Counted from the first letter of the stretch, positions 1-12,686 are shown. The stretch: 64,000 nt of DNA from Acidobacterium sp. (GCA_002737365.1 NSIL01000003.1:135078-199077); one strand, 5' to 3'. Program-made: numbers and translations. The notes: generated by a model not told the origin, from the sequence alone.

Positions 1-1137
1 GTCGCCCTTCGGCGGGTCATTAATACGCCGGCTCGTGGCATTGGCAAGGGCGTAATGGACGCGCTCGAAGGCGTCGATGTGTCGGATGTTGACTTGACCG
101 GTGGGGACAAACCTTCAGGTTTGTCCGGCGGGGTGCTTCCCCTGTTTGCCGGGCTGGCTCCGACGGTGGCCACCAACTCGTTGTGGACCAAGCTGGTGGT
201 TGCGGTGGACGGCCGTCGCTTGAGCTCGCGTCAGGGCACCTCGCTCGCCGCCTTCAGGGACATGATCACGACACTGGCGGAGATCGCCAGGAACGAACCG
301 GTCTCGATTCTACTGGGCAAGGTGCTGGATCAATCTGGCTACCTGCGCGACCTGCGCGAAGACCGCAGTGAAGAGTCAGAAGGCCGCCTCGAGAACCTGA
401 TGGAGCTGGTCTCGGCCGCACGTGAGTACGAGTCGCGCGAGCACGAGCCGTCGCTTGGCGGGTTCGTCGATCGCCTGTCGTTGCTGTCGGACGTCGACAA
501 GGAGCGGGGCAAGATCGAACCGCGCGTGATGATGATGACGCTGCACTCGGCCAAAGGCCTCGAGTTCCCGACCGTCGTCCTGGCCGGGCTGGAAGAGGGC
601 CTGTTTCCGCACTCTCGCTCGCGCGAGGACGAAGCGGAGATGGAAGAGGAGCGTCGCCTCCTCTACGTCGGCATCACCCGCGCGCGAAAGCAGTTGGTCA
701 TCACCAGCGCCGCCCGGCGCCGAGTGTTCGGTGAGTATCAGAACACCGAGCCGTCACGGTTCATCGAAGAGATTCCGCTCGACCTGGTAGAGCAGGACTT
801 GCCTGCGGTGTCGTCGTCTTACTCGTCCGGTTCACGCAGCAACCAGTGGGGGGAATATCGCGCCAATCCCTATGGCCGCCCGCGTCAGCCTGCCGCCGGA
901 TACCGGGCGGGTCGTCAGGATGACGGCGCGAAGGTGCCGACGCAGAACTTCAAGTACGAAGAAGAAGACCAGACGCCCGGCCTGCGGCCCGGCGCGCGTG
1001 TGAAGCACACCCAGTTTGGCTCTGGCACGGTGGTCAGCGTCGAGGATCTGGAGGACGACCAGAAGTTGGTCGTTCGCTTCAACTCGGTGGGAACCAAGAC
1101 GCTTCGCGCTAAGTACGCGAAGCTGGAACGAGTCTAG
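1..1137 (+). CDS. uvrD: UvrD/PcrA-family DNA helicase, C-terminal ~380 aa (5' end outside window)
   Basis: Frame 1 is open from base 1 (..RRVINTPARGIGKGVMDALE..). MMTLHSAKGLEFPTVVLAGLEEGLFPH and RRLLYVGITRARKQLV are conserved UvrD/PcrA motifs. ORF track 55..1137. Confidence 0.85.
   Translation, partial: VALRRVINTPARGIGKGVMDALEGVDVSDVDLTGGDKPSGLSGGVLPLFAGLAPTVATNSLWTKLVVAVDGRRLSSRQGTSLAAFRDMITTLAEIARNEPVSILLGKVLDQSGYLRDLREDRSEESEGRLENLMELVSAAREYESREHEPSLGGFVDRLSLLSDVDKERGKIEPRVMMMTLHSAKGLEFPTVVLAGLEEGLFPHSRSREDEAEMEEERRLLYVGITRARKQLVITSAARRRVFGEYQNTEPSRFIEEIPLDLVEQDLPAVSSSYSSGSRSNQWGEYRANPYGRPRQPAAGYRAGRQDDGAKVPTQNFKYEEEDQTPGLRPGARVKHTQFGSGTVVSVEDLEDDQKLVVRFNSVGTKTLRAKYAKLERV
105..126. repeat. 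Palindromic element copy (GGACAAACCTTCAGGTTTGTCC), in frame inside uvrD
   Basis: 10-bp arms around TC. Translated GGDKPSGLSG. Related copies at 29742, 48348 and 59349, degenerate copy at 38080. Confidence 0.85.
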
Positions 1138-1151
1138 GCTCCAGAATCGAA

Positions 1152-1184
1152 GACGGGCGGCGCCAGGTCTTTCGGCCGCCGGTC
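1152..1184. terminator. Hairpin between convergent uvrD and lipoprotein genes
   Basis: GACGGGCGGC / GCCGCCGGTC arms (9 of 10 pair) with a 13-nt loop containing TCTTTC. Lies between two stop codons. Confidence 0.35.
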
Positions 1185-1225
1185 GGGTTCAGCCAGCAGC
1201 ACGTCCGCCACATCGGGTCCTGAAG

Positions 1226-1924
1226 CTACAGACCGGCGATCTTCATAATGATCGGCCGCCCCTCGCGGCCATTGCCGGCCACGCGCTCGATGGTCACCGT
1301 CAGCGTCTTCGCCACGGTCATGCCATCGGGCGACTTGAACGTCGCCGCCACTACGACGTCCTTGGTGACGGTCTCACCGGAAAACGTCTTCGGGTCGAGC
1401 GCCGGCTGGCCGGGCTGGGTTAGCGATGCTTCGGCCAGGCCGGTCGCGGCCTTGATGGCGGCGGTCGCCGAGGCGGTGGCCTTGGCGTGGGCCGAAATAC
1501 CTTCGCGCCAGGTGTTCCACTCGAGCTTGATCTTTTCCTGCGCCGGCGTGAGCTTCGCCGTCGGGTTCATCTGCTCGATTTTCAGGACTTCTTCAATCAG
1601 CTTGATGTTGGCGTTCTGGTATTCGATCTTGGTCTTGAGGAAGGCCTGCTCGGTTTCTTTGGCCTTGGCTTCAGCCTCGATCAGCGGCGTGAAGGTCAGC
1701 GGGATGCGCGTCTCTTCGCCAATGGTCGTGATCGAGAAATCCTCGATCGAGCCCTGTGTGCGCGGATCGATTTCGACCGCCGCCATGCGGCCCACCGTCG
1801 TGTTGTCGCGCGCCTTGGCGGCGCGGAAGTACTGCGTCAGGAACTGCTGCTCGGGCGGGCGTGAGCAACCAACGACGATGATGGTCGCGGGAACAAGCAA
1901 GAGCGCGGCGGCTAGCTTCTTCAT
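1226..1924 (-). CDS. Lipoprotein of unknown function
   Basis: [21 protein letters not shown] has a signal peptide plus lipobox. ATGA overlap with the gyrA stop (1921-1924) suggests co-transcription. No family recognised. Confidence 0.6.
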   Translation of the reverse strand: MKKLAAALLLVPATIIVVGCSRPPEQQFLTQYFRAAKARDNTTVGRMAAVEIDPRTQGSIEDFSITTIGEETRIPLTFTPLIEAEAKAKETEQAFLKTKIEYQNANIKLIEEVLKIEQMNPTAKLTPAQEKIKLEWNTWREGISAHAKATASATAAIKAATGLAEASLTQPGQPALDPKTFSGETVTKDVVVAATFKSPDGMTVAKTLTVTIERVAGNGREGRPIIMKIAGL

Positions 1925-4470
1925 TCGGATTCTCCTGACTCGGGAACCATTTCCTCAGCCTTCTCGACGAGCGCAACCGAGACGATCTTGTCGTCGCCCT
2001 CCAGGTCCATCAGGCGAACACCCTGCGTGGCGCGGCCGATGGTGCGAATCTCATTAGCGGCCGTGCGCAGAATCTTGCCCTGCTCGGTGATCACGAGCAG
2101 CTCTTCGTTGTCGTGGACCTGTGTAATTGCAACGACCGGGCCGTTCTTTTCGGTCACTTCGACGTTTTTCACGCCGAGGCCGCCGCGGCCGGTGACGCGA
2201 TACTCGTCGAGCAACGTGTTCTTGGCGTAGCCCTTTTCGGTAACCGTCAGCAGCGTGCCGCCGGCCTTGGCCACCTGCATGGCCACCACTTCATCGCCCT
2301 CGCGCAACTGGATGCCGCGGACGCCGTATGCCGTGCGACCCATACCGCGCACGTCGCCTTCGCCGAAGCGGATCGCCTTGCCGGCCTTGGTGCCGATGAA
2401 GATTTCGCTCGTGCCGTCGGACATCTGCACGTCGATGACGGCATCACCTTCGTCGATGCCCATGGCGATAATGCCGCCGGCGCGGGGATTCGAGAACGCC
2501 GACAACTCGGTCTTCTTGATGGTGCCCTTGCGGGTGCCCATCACGATGAAGTGCGTATCGTCGAATTCCTTGATCGCCAGCATGGCGGCGATCTTCTCGC
2601 CGGCTTCCATCTGCACCAGGTTCGCCACCGACTTGCCCTTGCCGTCGGCGCCGACGTCGGGAATCTCGTAGACCTTCAGCCAATACGCGCGGCCGCGATC
2701 CGAGAAGACCACCAGGAACGAGTGGGTTGAGGCGACGAACAAGTGGTTGACCACGTCCTCGTCGCGCTTGCGCATGCCGATGCGGCCCTTGCCGCCGCGG
2801 TTCTGCGTGCGATAAGTCGTGATCGGGGTTCGCTTGATGTAGCCGGTATCGGTGACCGAGATCGCGACGTCCTCGTCTGCGATCAGGTCCATCATGCTGA
2901 TCTCGCTCTCGTCCTCGATCAGCATCGTCCGGCGCGGATCGGCGAACTTCGCCTTCACGGCGCGCAACTCGTCGAGGATGATCTGCAGCAACAACGGCTG
3001 GTTGGCCAGGATGTTCTTGAGCTTGGCGACGAGCGCCATCAGCTCGGCCAGCTCGCCCAGGATCTTATCGCGCTCGAGGCCGGTGAGGCGCTGCAGTTGC
3101 ATGTCGAGAATCGCCTGCGCCTGGATTTCGGACAGCGCGAACTGGGTGACCAGGCCGGCCTTGGCTTCGGGCGGATTCTTCGATCCACGAATCAGTTTAA
3201 TCACCGCGTCGAGGTGATCGAGAGCGATCTTCAAGCCGTCAAGAATGTGCGCGCGCGCCTCGGCTTTGCGCAGCTCGAACTCAATACGCCGGCGGACCAC
3301 TTCACGGCGGAAGTCGATGAAGAGCTCGATGACCTCGAGCAGGTTCAGGACCTTGGGCCGGCCGGCCACAATCGCCAGCGTGATGATGCCGAATGACTGC
3401 TGAAGCTGGGTCTGCTTGTAGAGGTTGTTCAGCACCACCTCGCCAATTTCACCGCGCTTCAACTCGATCACAATCCGCATGCCGTCGCGGTCTGATTCGT
3501 CGCGCAAGTCGGAAATGCCTTCGAGCGACTTGTCGCGCACCAGTTCCGCGATGCGTTCGAGCAATCGCGTCTTGTTCAGCTGATACGGAATCTCGTGAAC
3601 GATGATTTGCTGGCGATCGCCCTTCTTGGTGGTCTCGATCTCGGTCTTGGCGCGCACCTGGATCGAGCCGCGGCCGGTCAGAAAGGCCTCGTGGATGCCG
3701 CGCTTGCCGACAATGCTGCCGCCGGTCGGGAAATCGGGACCGGGAATGATGCGAATCAGTTCCTTGAGCTTCTGCTCGCGGGTATAGACAGGACTTGGGG
3801 CTTGGGGCTTGGGGTTTGAATCGTCACCCGACGCACTCGTCGCACTCGTCGCACCGGATCCCATCAGCGTGTTCTCAATAATCCAGATGACGCCGTCGAT
3901 CACCTCGCCCAGGTTGTGGGGCGGGATGTTGGTGGCCATGCCGACCGCGATGCCGGTCGAGCCGTTGACCAGCAGGTTCGGATACGTCGCCGGAAACACC
4001 GTCGGCTCGGTCGTCGTCTCGTCGAAGTTCGGGACGTAGTCGACCGTGTCCTTGTCGAGGTCCTGCATCAGGCTTTCGGCAAGGGCCTCGAGCCTGGCTT
4101 CCGTGTACCGATAAGCGGCTGGCGGATCGCCATCGACCGAGCCGAAGTTACCCTGGCCATCGACCAGGGTCTTGCGCATGTTGAAGTCCTGCGCGAGACG
4201 GACCAGCGTGTCGTACGCCGGCTGGTCACCGTGCGGGTGGTAATTGCCGATTACTTCGCCAATCACCTTCGCGCACTTGCGATAGGCGCGGTTCGAGGCG
4301 AGGCCCATCTGGCTCATCGCATACAACACGCGGCGATGCGCCGGCTTCAGGCCGTCGCGGACGTCAGGCAGCGCGCGCCCGATGATGACGCTCATGGCGT
4401 AATCCAGGTACGAGCGCTTCATCTCGTCTTCGATATTGACGGGCGTACGATTCTGCTCGGTCTGGGACAT
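1921..4470 (-). CDS. gyrA: DNA gyrase subunit A
   Basis: 849 aa. [26 protein letters not shown], the active-site region [10 protein letters not shown], and C-terminal beta-pinwheel repeats. Confidence 0.97.
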   Translation of the reverse strand: MSQTEQNRTPVNIEDEMKRSYLDYAMSVIIGRALPDVRDGLKPAHRRVLYAMSQMGLASNRAYRKCAKVIGEVIGNYHPHGDQPAYDTLVRLAQDFNMRKTLVDGQGNFGSVDGDPPAAYRYTEARLEALAESLMQDLDKDTVDYVPNFDETTTEPTVFPATYPNLLVNGSTGIAVGMATNIPPHNLGEVIDGVIWIIENTLMGSGATSATSASGDDSNPKPQAPSPVYTREQKLKELIRIIPGPDFPTGGSIVGKRGIHEAFLTGRGSIQVRAKTEIETTKKGDRQQIIVHEIPYQLNKTRLLERIAELVRDKSLEGISDLRDESDRDGMRIVIELKRGEIGEVVLNNLYKQTQLQQSFGIITLAIVAGRPKVLNLLEVIELFIDFRREVVRRRIEFELRKAEARAHILDGLKIALDHLDAVIKLIRGSKNPPEAKAGLVTQFALSEIQAQAILDMQLQRLTGLERDKILGELAELMALVAKLKNILANQPLLLQIILDELRAVKAKFADPRRTMLIEDESEISMMDLIADEDVAISVTDTGYIKRTPITTYRTQNRGGKGRIGMRKRDEDVVNHLFVASTHSFLVVFSDRGRAYWLKVYEIPDVGADGKGKSVANLVQMEAGEKIAAMLAIKEFDDTHFIVMGTRKGTIKKTELSAFSNPRAGGIIAMGIDEGDAVIDVQMSDGTSEIFIGTKAGKAIRFGEGDVRGMGRTAYGVRGIQLREGDEVVAMQVAKAGGTLLTVTEKGYAKNTLLDEYRVTGRGGLGVKNVEVTEKNGPVVAITQVHDNEELLVITEQGKILRTAANEIRTIGRATQGVRLMDLEGDDKIVSVALVEKAEEMVPESGESE
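3794..3814 (+). repeat. (CTTGGGG)x3 heptamer array inside gyrA (sense strand CCCCAAG)
   Basis: Three perfect tandem 7-nt units (21 nt), then TTTGA. Encodes NPKPQAPSP within a GyrA-specific insertion. Confidence 0.9.
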
Positions 4471-4476
4471 GGATGT

Positions 4477-8183
<3,707 letters not shown>

Positions 8184-8189
8184 AGCGCG

Positions 8190-8407
8190 GCTACCTTCTT
8201 AGAATTAGAGAAAAGTCGAAGACATTAAAGTATACAGGAAATAGGTCCTGTTTATAAAATTTACAGCGGCCGTAAATCCTTATTAATCAAATATTTAAAC
8301 TGTAAATATTTCTGTGGATAACATGCGCGGTACCGGACGCGACGGCCGGGGGCTTTCGCCCAATCCGCAGCCTTCCACAAACCATACACAGTTGAGGTTG
8401 TGGATAA
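8190..8407. promoter_or_regulatory. Candidate oriC segment: AT-rich unwinding region plus DnaA boxes (dnaA-dnaN spacer)
   Basis: About 120 nt of strongly AT-rich sequence (8200-8320) in a GC-rich genome. Perfect DnaA boxes TGTGGATAA (=TTATCCACA) at 8313-8321 and 8399-8407. CCTTCCACA at 8371-8379. Confidence 0.7.
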
Positions 8408-8463
8408 GCCGCCGGGTTGATTTTTCAGGACTCCAACTCAGGGAAAAATCAACCCGGCGGCTT
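8406..8463. terminator. 21-bp perfect inverted repeat at the dnaA 3' end
   Basis: AAGCCGCCGGGTTGATTTTTC (8406-8426) pairs with GAAAAATCAACCCGGCGGCTT (8443-8463). The right arm overlaps the dnaA stop codon and the left arm overlaps a DnaA box. Confidence 0.5.
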
Positions 8464-9835
8464 ACTTCAACTGGTCGAGCAGGTTCTTCACCTGGTGATC
8501 GAATTCCGGGTTGTTCTTGCGTAATTCCTCGATCTTCTTAATCGAGTGGATCACGGTCGAGTGATGTTTGCCGCCAAAGCTGCGGCCGATCTCAGGTAAC
8601 GACGCGTGCGTCAGCGCCTTACAGAGATACATCGCAATTTGCCGTGGCATAGCCACTGATTTCGAGTTATTGCGCGCCCGAATCTCGGACGGCTTCATCT
8701 GGTAGTAGTCGGCGACAAATTTCTGAATCTGCTCGATCGTGACGGCCTTCTCATCGTGATCGATGACGTTGCGCAACACGTCCTGCGCAAGTTCAATCGT
8801 CAACGGTTTACCGGTGAGCGAGGCGTAGGCGATCAGCCGGATCAGTGACCCTTCCAATTCGCGGATGTTCGACTTAATCCGCGTGGCCATATACATGGCG
8901 ACGTGGTCGGGTAACTGCAGTGCTTCGCCTTCGGCCTTCTTCTTCAAAATGGCGACTTTTGTCTCGAGATCCGGCGATTGAATGTCGGCAATCAACCCCC
9001 ACTCAAAGCGCGAGCGCAAGCGCTCTTCAAGCGCCGGAATTTCATGGGGCGGTCGGTCGCTGCTTATTACGATCTGTTTCTGCGCATCGTGCAGTGCGTT
9101 GAAAGTGTGAAAAAACTCGTTCTGTGTGCCTTCCTTGCCCGACACAAACTGAATGTCATCCACCAGCAGGACGTCGACGCTGCGATACCGAGAACGGAAA
9201 TCCAGGATGCGATCGAACCGCACGGCGTTAATCATCTCGTTCATGAAGCGCTCGGACGAGATATAGGTGAGCACGAGCCCGGGATGATGCTGGACGACGT
9301 AGTGGCCAATCGCGTGCATCAGGTGTGTCTTGCCCAGGCCGACGCCGCCATGGATGAACAGCGGGTTGTACGACCGTGACGGCGTTTCCGCCACCGCCCG
9401 GCAGGCTGCATGCGCAAACTGATTCGACGGCCCGACAATAAAAGTGTCGAAGGTGTAGCGCGGGATCAGGCTGCCGGCCCGCACCGGTTCCGGCTCGCTA
9501 TTCGTCACCATCACCTGCGGCGGCGGCGCCTCTGGGGCACCGGGTGCCTCGGTCCAGCCCGCAGCCGCAGCCCGACCGGCACCGGCCGCCGCGTCGGGCA
9601 CGAACACCAGTTTGGCGTCCGGGCGGCCCACCTCGCGCATGGCCTCGGCCAGCACGACCGAATAGTGCCTGGGGAGCCATTCCACGAACAACAGGTTCGG
9701 AACCCGAATGGAGAGGGTCTGGCCTCCGTCCGACAAGAGAGAGGTCGGCTTGAACCAGGTCGAGAAGCTATGCCGGCCGACCTGATCTTCAATCCGGCTG
9801 AGAACCTGGTCCCAAATCGTGGCGCTCGGCATCAC
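8462..9835 (-). CDS. dnaA: Chromosomal replication initiator DnaA
   Basis: 457 aa. Walker A GGVGLGKTHLMHAIG. C-terminal DNA-binding domain ..FGGKHHSTVIHSIKKIE... Ala/Pro-rich domain II linker. Confidence 0.97.
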   Translation of the reverse strand: MMPSATIWDQVLSRIEDQVGRHSFSTWFKPTSLLSDGGQTLSIRVPNLLFVEWLPRHYSVVLAEAMREVGRPDAKLVFVPDAAAGAGRAAAAGWTEAPGAPEAPPPQVMVTNSEPEPVRAGSLIPRYTFDTFIVGPSNQFAHAACRAVAETPSRSYNPLFIHGGVGLGKTHLMHAIGHYVVQHHPGLVLTYISSERFMNEMINAVRFDRILDFRSRYRSVDVLLVDDIQFVSGKEGTQNEFFHTFNALHDAQKQIVISSDRPPHEIPALEERLRSRFEWGLIADIQSPDLETKVAILKKKAEGEALQLPDHVAMYMATRIKSNIRELEGSLIRLIAYASLTGKPLTIELAQDVLRNVIDHDEKAVTIEQIQKFVADYYQMKPSEIRARNNSKSVAMPRQIAMYLCKALTHASLPEIGRSFGGKHHSTVIHSIKKIEELRKNNPEFDHQVKNLLDQLK

Positions 9836-9881
9836 TACAAAGTTATGATTATAAAGGACTTATTTTTATGGAACCCAGGTC

Positions 9882-9913
9882 TTTTCCACAAGCTTTTCCA
9901 CAGGTGTGGAAAT
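9882..9913. promoter_or_regulatory. Second DnaA-box cluster (dnaA promoter or second oriC half)
   Basis: TTTTCCACA at 9882-9890 and 9894-9902, inverted TGTGGAAAT at 9905-9913. AT-rich stretch 9841-9870 immediately upstream. Gene orientation switches here. Confidence 0.6.
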
Positions 9914-9963
9914 CTTTCGGAGAAGGCAACCGGGAGGACGCTCACTCTAACATGCGGGGGGCG

Positions 9964-10025
9964 TCCGGGATCCAGGATCGAAGGTCTTTTTTGACCGGAC
10001 CCCTGGATCCAAGGGTCCGGTTCCA
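9964..10025. repeat. Degenerate GGATCC-type heptamer units as an inverted pair
   Basis: TCCGGGATCCAGGATCG ... CCGGACCCCTGGATCCAAGGGTCCGG. GGATCCAGG pairs with CCTGGATCC. The loop contains TCTTTTTTGA. Confidence 0.6.
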
Positions 10026-10064
10026 GAAAACTCGTCTATAATCGTTTGTTCGACTGAGGAGAAT

Positions 10065-10229
10065 ATGGCGAGATCTAAGAAGGGCAAGCGTACGTTTCAA
10101 CCAAATACCCGGCGCCGCGCGAAAACGCATGGCTTCCTGGTTCGTATGGCAACCAAGGACGGCCGGCAGGTTCTGAAACGCCGCCGCGCCAAGGGCCGTA
10201 AGCGGCTCACGGTTTCCGACGAAAAATAG
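10065..10229 (+). CDS. rpmH: 50S ribosomal protein L34
   Basis: Not in the ORF track (54 aa). Hand translation [60 protein letters not shown] Shine-Dalgarno 5 nt upstream. Classic position before rnpA. Confidence 0.9.
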   Translation: MARSKKGKRTFQPNTRRRAKTHGFLVRMATKDGRQVLKRRRAKGRKRLTVSDEK

Positions 10230-10293
10230 GCTTGAGTCTTGAGACTTGAGGCTTGAAGTTCAAGCTGCAGGTCTCAAGCCACAGGTCCCAAGC
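10229..10293. repeat. Nine-unit CTTGAGN/CYCAAGC heptamer array folding into a ~29-bp imperfect hairpin
   Basis: CTTGAGT CTTGAGA CTTGAGG CTTGAAG | TTCAAGC TGCAGGT CTCAAGC CACAGGT CCCAAGC. Fills the whole rpmH-rnpA spacer. Confidence 0.85.
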
Positions 10294-10300
10294 CAGCTGA

Positions 10301-10639
10301 GTGATGGCCAGGTTCTTACCAGCCGAGCACGTTCGCAAGCGGGCCGACTTCGAACTCATCTACAAGACAGGTTTCAAGCGGTCTGGCCGCCTCATGACCA
10401 TGTTCACGAGGGATCGAGAGGCAGGACCGGCGCGTCTCGGGATTGCTGCGACCAGGAAGATGGGCGCGTCGGTCGAGCGCAACCGGGCTAAACGGCTCGC
10501 CCGCGAGTTGTTCCGCCATCACAAACCGGAAGGCGCGATCGATGTGGTTGTCGTTCCCCGCCGTGACATGATCTCAGCACCTTATGCCCGCGTCGAGGCC
10601 GAGTTTCTGTCCTTGCTCTCCAAAGGTAAGTCACGGTGA
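10301..10639 (+). CDS. rnpA: RNase P protein component
   Basis: 112 aa, basic. ..GIAATRKMGASVERNRAKRLARELFR.. (RNR motif). Follows rpmH. Start is GTG 10301 or ATG 10304. Confidence 0.9.
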   Translation: MMARFLPAEHVRKRADFELIYKTGFKRSGRLMTMFTRDREAGPARLGIAATRKMGASVERNRAKRLARELFRHHKPEGAIDVVVVPRRDMISAPYARVEAEFLSLLSKGKSR

Positions 10640-10860
10640 GTAGGGCCGCGCGAATTGCGCTTGCACTTGTTCGCGGATACAAAATCGTGCTCTCGCCGCT
10701 GTTTGCCGGCAGCTGCCGCTACATGCCAGGCTGCGCCGACTACATGAGCGAGTCGATCACGCGCCACGGCGTCATTCATGGCGGCTGGCTCGGGGCCAAG
10801 CGGTTGTGCCGTTGCCACCCGTTGGGCGGCCACGGCTACGACCCGGTGCCGCACTCTTAA
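10636..10860 (+). CDS. yidD: Membrane protein insertion efficiency factor YidD
   Basis: LVRGYKIVLSPLFAGSCRYMPGCADYMSESITRHG..RLCRCHPLGGHGYDPVP. 4-nt overlap with rnpA. Confidence 0.9.
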   Translation: MSRAARIALALVRGYKIVLSPLFAGSCRYMPGCADYMSESITRHGVIHGGWLGAKRLCRCHPLGGHGYDPVPHS

Positions 10861-10908
10861 ATCATCCAATCACCAGATCCACAAGATCACGAGATCATCG
10901 AAGTCCCC

Positions 10909-12684
10909 ATGGAACGTAGAGTCCTCATCGCCATCACGCTGTCATTCCTGGTGCTGTTCCTGTTTCAGCGCTTTGTGATGCCCCCCTCCGCTCCACTTGA
11001 ATCGCAGAGTGGAGCTACGGCGGGGCAAGCCTCCGGCACCGCGACGCCGGCGCCCGGCAGCATGGCGGCGCTCACGCAGTCGTCAAACTCCCCCTCCGCT
11101 CCGGCTGTGATTCAGAGCGGAGGTATGGGGGATAAGCCTGTCTCCGCCATCGCCACGCCAGGGTTACCCACCGTAGCGCCTGGCGCGGAGGTGGGCGGTC
11201 CGACGGTGATCGTTGGTGAAACGGCGGTGCGCGAGATCGTGGTCGAGACCACCACCGTCCGTGCCACGTTCAGCAATCGTGGCGGCCGACTCTTGCACTG
11301 GATGCTGAAGGACTACCGCAACGAACCTGGCACCCCGCTCGACCTGGTGCCGCAAGGCATTGGCGACGATGTCGTGAAGCCGTTCACGCTGGTGGTGGAC
11401 GACGCGGCGGTCACCGATCGGATCAACAACAGCCTCTATCGCGTCGTGGCCGCGGCGGACAGCATCGACGCCACCACCTCGGCCCAGACGATCACGTTTG
11501 AGCTCTCGGCCTCCGATGGACTGAGCGTGACCAAGACGTTTGTGATCGAGCCAAAGGGCTATCTCGTCACCTTCAGCGCCGTGGTGCAGTTGGGTCAGGC
11601 GCGCCTGAACCCCGTCATTCACTGGGGCCCCGGGCTCGGCGACGAAATCGCGCACCGTCCGCCGTCATCGTTCTTCTCGCCGAACAGCGTTGTCTCGGCG
11701 CAACCGATGGTCTACAAGGACGGCGCGGTCGAACGCGTGGCGCCGACGGAGGCCGGTTCACAGGAAGGGACGTTCCGCTACGCCGGCACCTCGGACCACT
11801 ACTTTGCGTCGCTGTTGTTGAATCAGGGGTCGCCGGTGCCGTTCCGCATCGACTACGCCCCGGTCAACGTGCCGGTGCCGAACGAGCCGACGCGGTTCGC
11901 GACCTACATGACCTACTCGGTGCGCTTCCAGGCTCCGCCTGAGAAGTCGCAGTTCTTCTTCGGCCCCAAGGCGCTTGAGGAGCTGAAGGCCATCGACAGC
12001 GAGCTCACGCGCGCGATTCACTTCGGCATGTTCTCGTTGCTGGCGGTACCGCTGCTTGGTGCCCTCCAGTGGGTTCACGGCTTTGTCGGCAACTGGGGCT
12101 GGGCCATCGTCGTCCTGACCATTCTGATCAACCTCGCGATGTTCCCGCTCCGCCACAAGAGCGTGGTGTCGATGAAGAAGATGCAGGAACTGCAGCCGCA
12201 GATGAAGGCGATCCAGGATCGCTACGCGAAGTACAAGATCACGGACCCGGAGCGGCAGAAGATGAACACCGAGGTCATGGAGCTCTACAAGACCAAGGGA
12301 GTGAACCCGGCCAGCGGCTGCGTGCCGATGCTGCTGACCATGCCGTTCCTGTTCGCGTTCTACGCCATGCTGTCGGTGGCCATCGAAATCCGCGGCGCGG
12401 ACTTCTTTGCGTGGATCACCAACCTGTCGGCCCCGGACCCGTATTTCGTCACGCCGATCCTGATGGGCGTGGCGCAGTTCTGGCAGACCAAGATGACGCC
12501 GACGACGGCCGACCCGGCACAGCAGAAGATCATGATGTTCATGCCGATCATGTTCAGCTTCATGTCGCTGTCGTTCCCGAGCGGCCTGGTGATTTACTGG
12601 CTGGTCAGCACGGTGTGGACTATTGGGCAGCAGTACGCGACCAACTATTTGATTGGCGCGCCGGCAAAGCGCATTGCAAAATAG
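10909..12684 (+). CDS. yidC: Membrane protein insertase YidC
   Basis: 591 aa. N-terminal TM, large periplasmic domain, conserved C-terminal insertase core (..WAIVVLTILINLAMFPL..KMQELQPQMKAIQDRY..). Confidence 0.95.
   Translation: MERRVLIAITLSFLVLFLFQRFVMPPSAPLESQSGATAGQASGTATPAPGSMAALTQSSNSPSAPAVIQSGGMGDKPVSAIATPGLPTVAPGAEVGGPTVIVGETAVREIVVETTTVRATFSNRGGRLLHWMLKDYRNEPGTPLDLVPQGIGDDVVKPFTLVVDDAAVTDRINNSLYRVVAAADSIDATTSAQTITFELSASDGLSVTKTFVIEPKGYLVTFSAVVQLGQARLNPVIHWGPGLGDEIAHRPPSSFFSPNSVVSAQPMVYKDGAVERVAPTEAGSQEGTFRYAGTSDHYFASLLLNQGSPVPFRIDYAPVNVPVPNEPTRFATYMTYSVRFQAPPEKSQFFFGPKALEELKAIDSELTRAIHFGMFSLLAVPLLGALQWVHGFVGNWGWAIVVLTILINLAMFPLRHKSVVSMKKMQELQPQMKAIQDRYAKYKITDPERQKMNTEVMELYKTKGVNPASGCVPMLLTMPFLFAFYAMLSVAIEIRGADFFAWITNLSAPDPYFVTPILMGVAQFWQTKMTPTTADPAQQKIMMFMPIMFSFMSLSFPSGLVIYWLVSTVWTIGQQYATNYLIGAPAKRIAK
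10981..11131. repeat. Two related C5/G5-clamped palindromes 109 nt apart in the yidC 5' region
   Basis: CCCCCCTCCGCTCCACT..AGTGGAGCTACGGCGGGG (10981-11025) and CCCCCTCCGCTC..GAGCGGAGGTATGGGGG (11090-11131). They encode PPSAPLESQSG and SPSAPAVIQSGG. Confidence 0.6.
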
Positions 12685-12686
12685 GG

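Noticed and set aside
11161-11180. 14-nt identity (TTACCCACCGTAGC) between yidC and the basic-repeat gene (about 37300)
   Set aside because: A 14-mer match is expected by chance several times among all pairwise positions of a 64-kb GC-biased window. There is no extended similarity.
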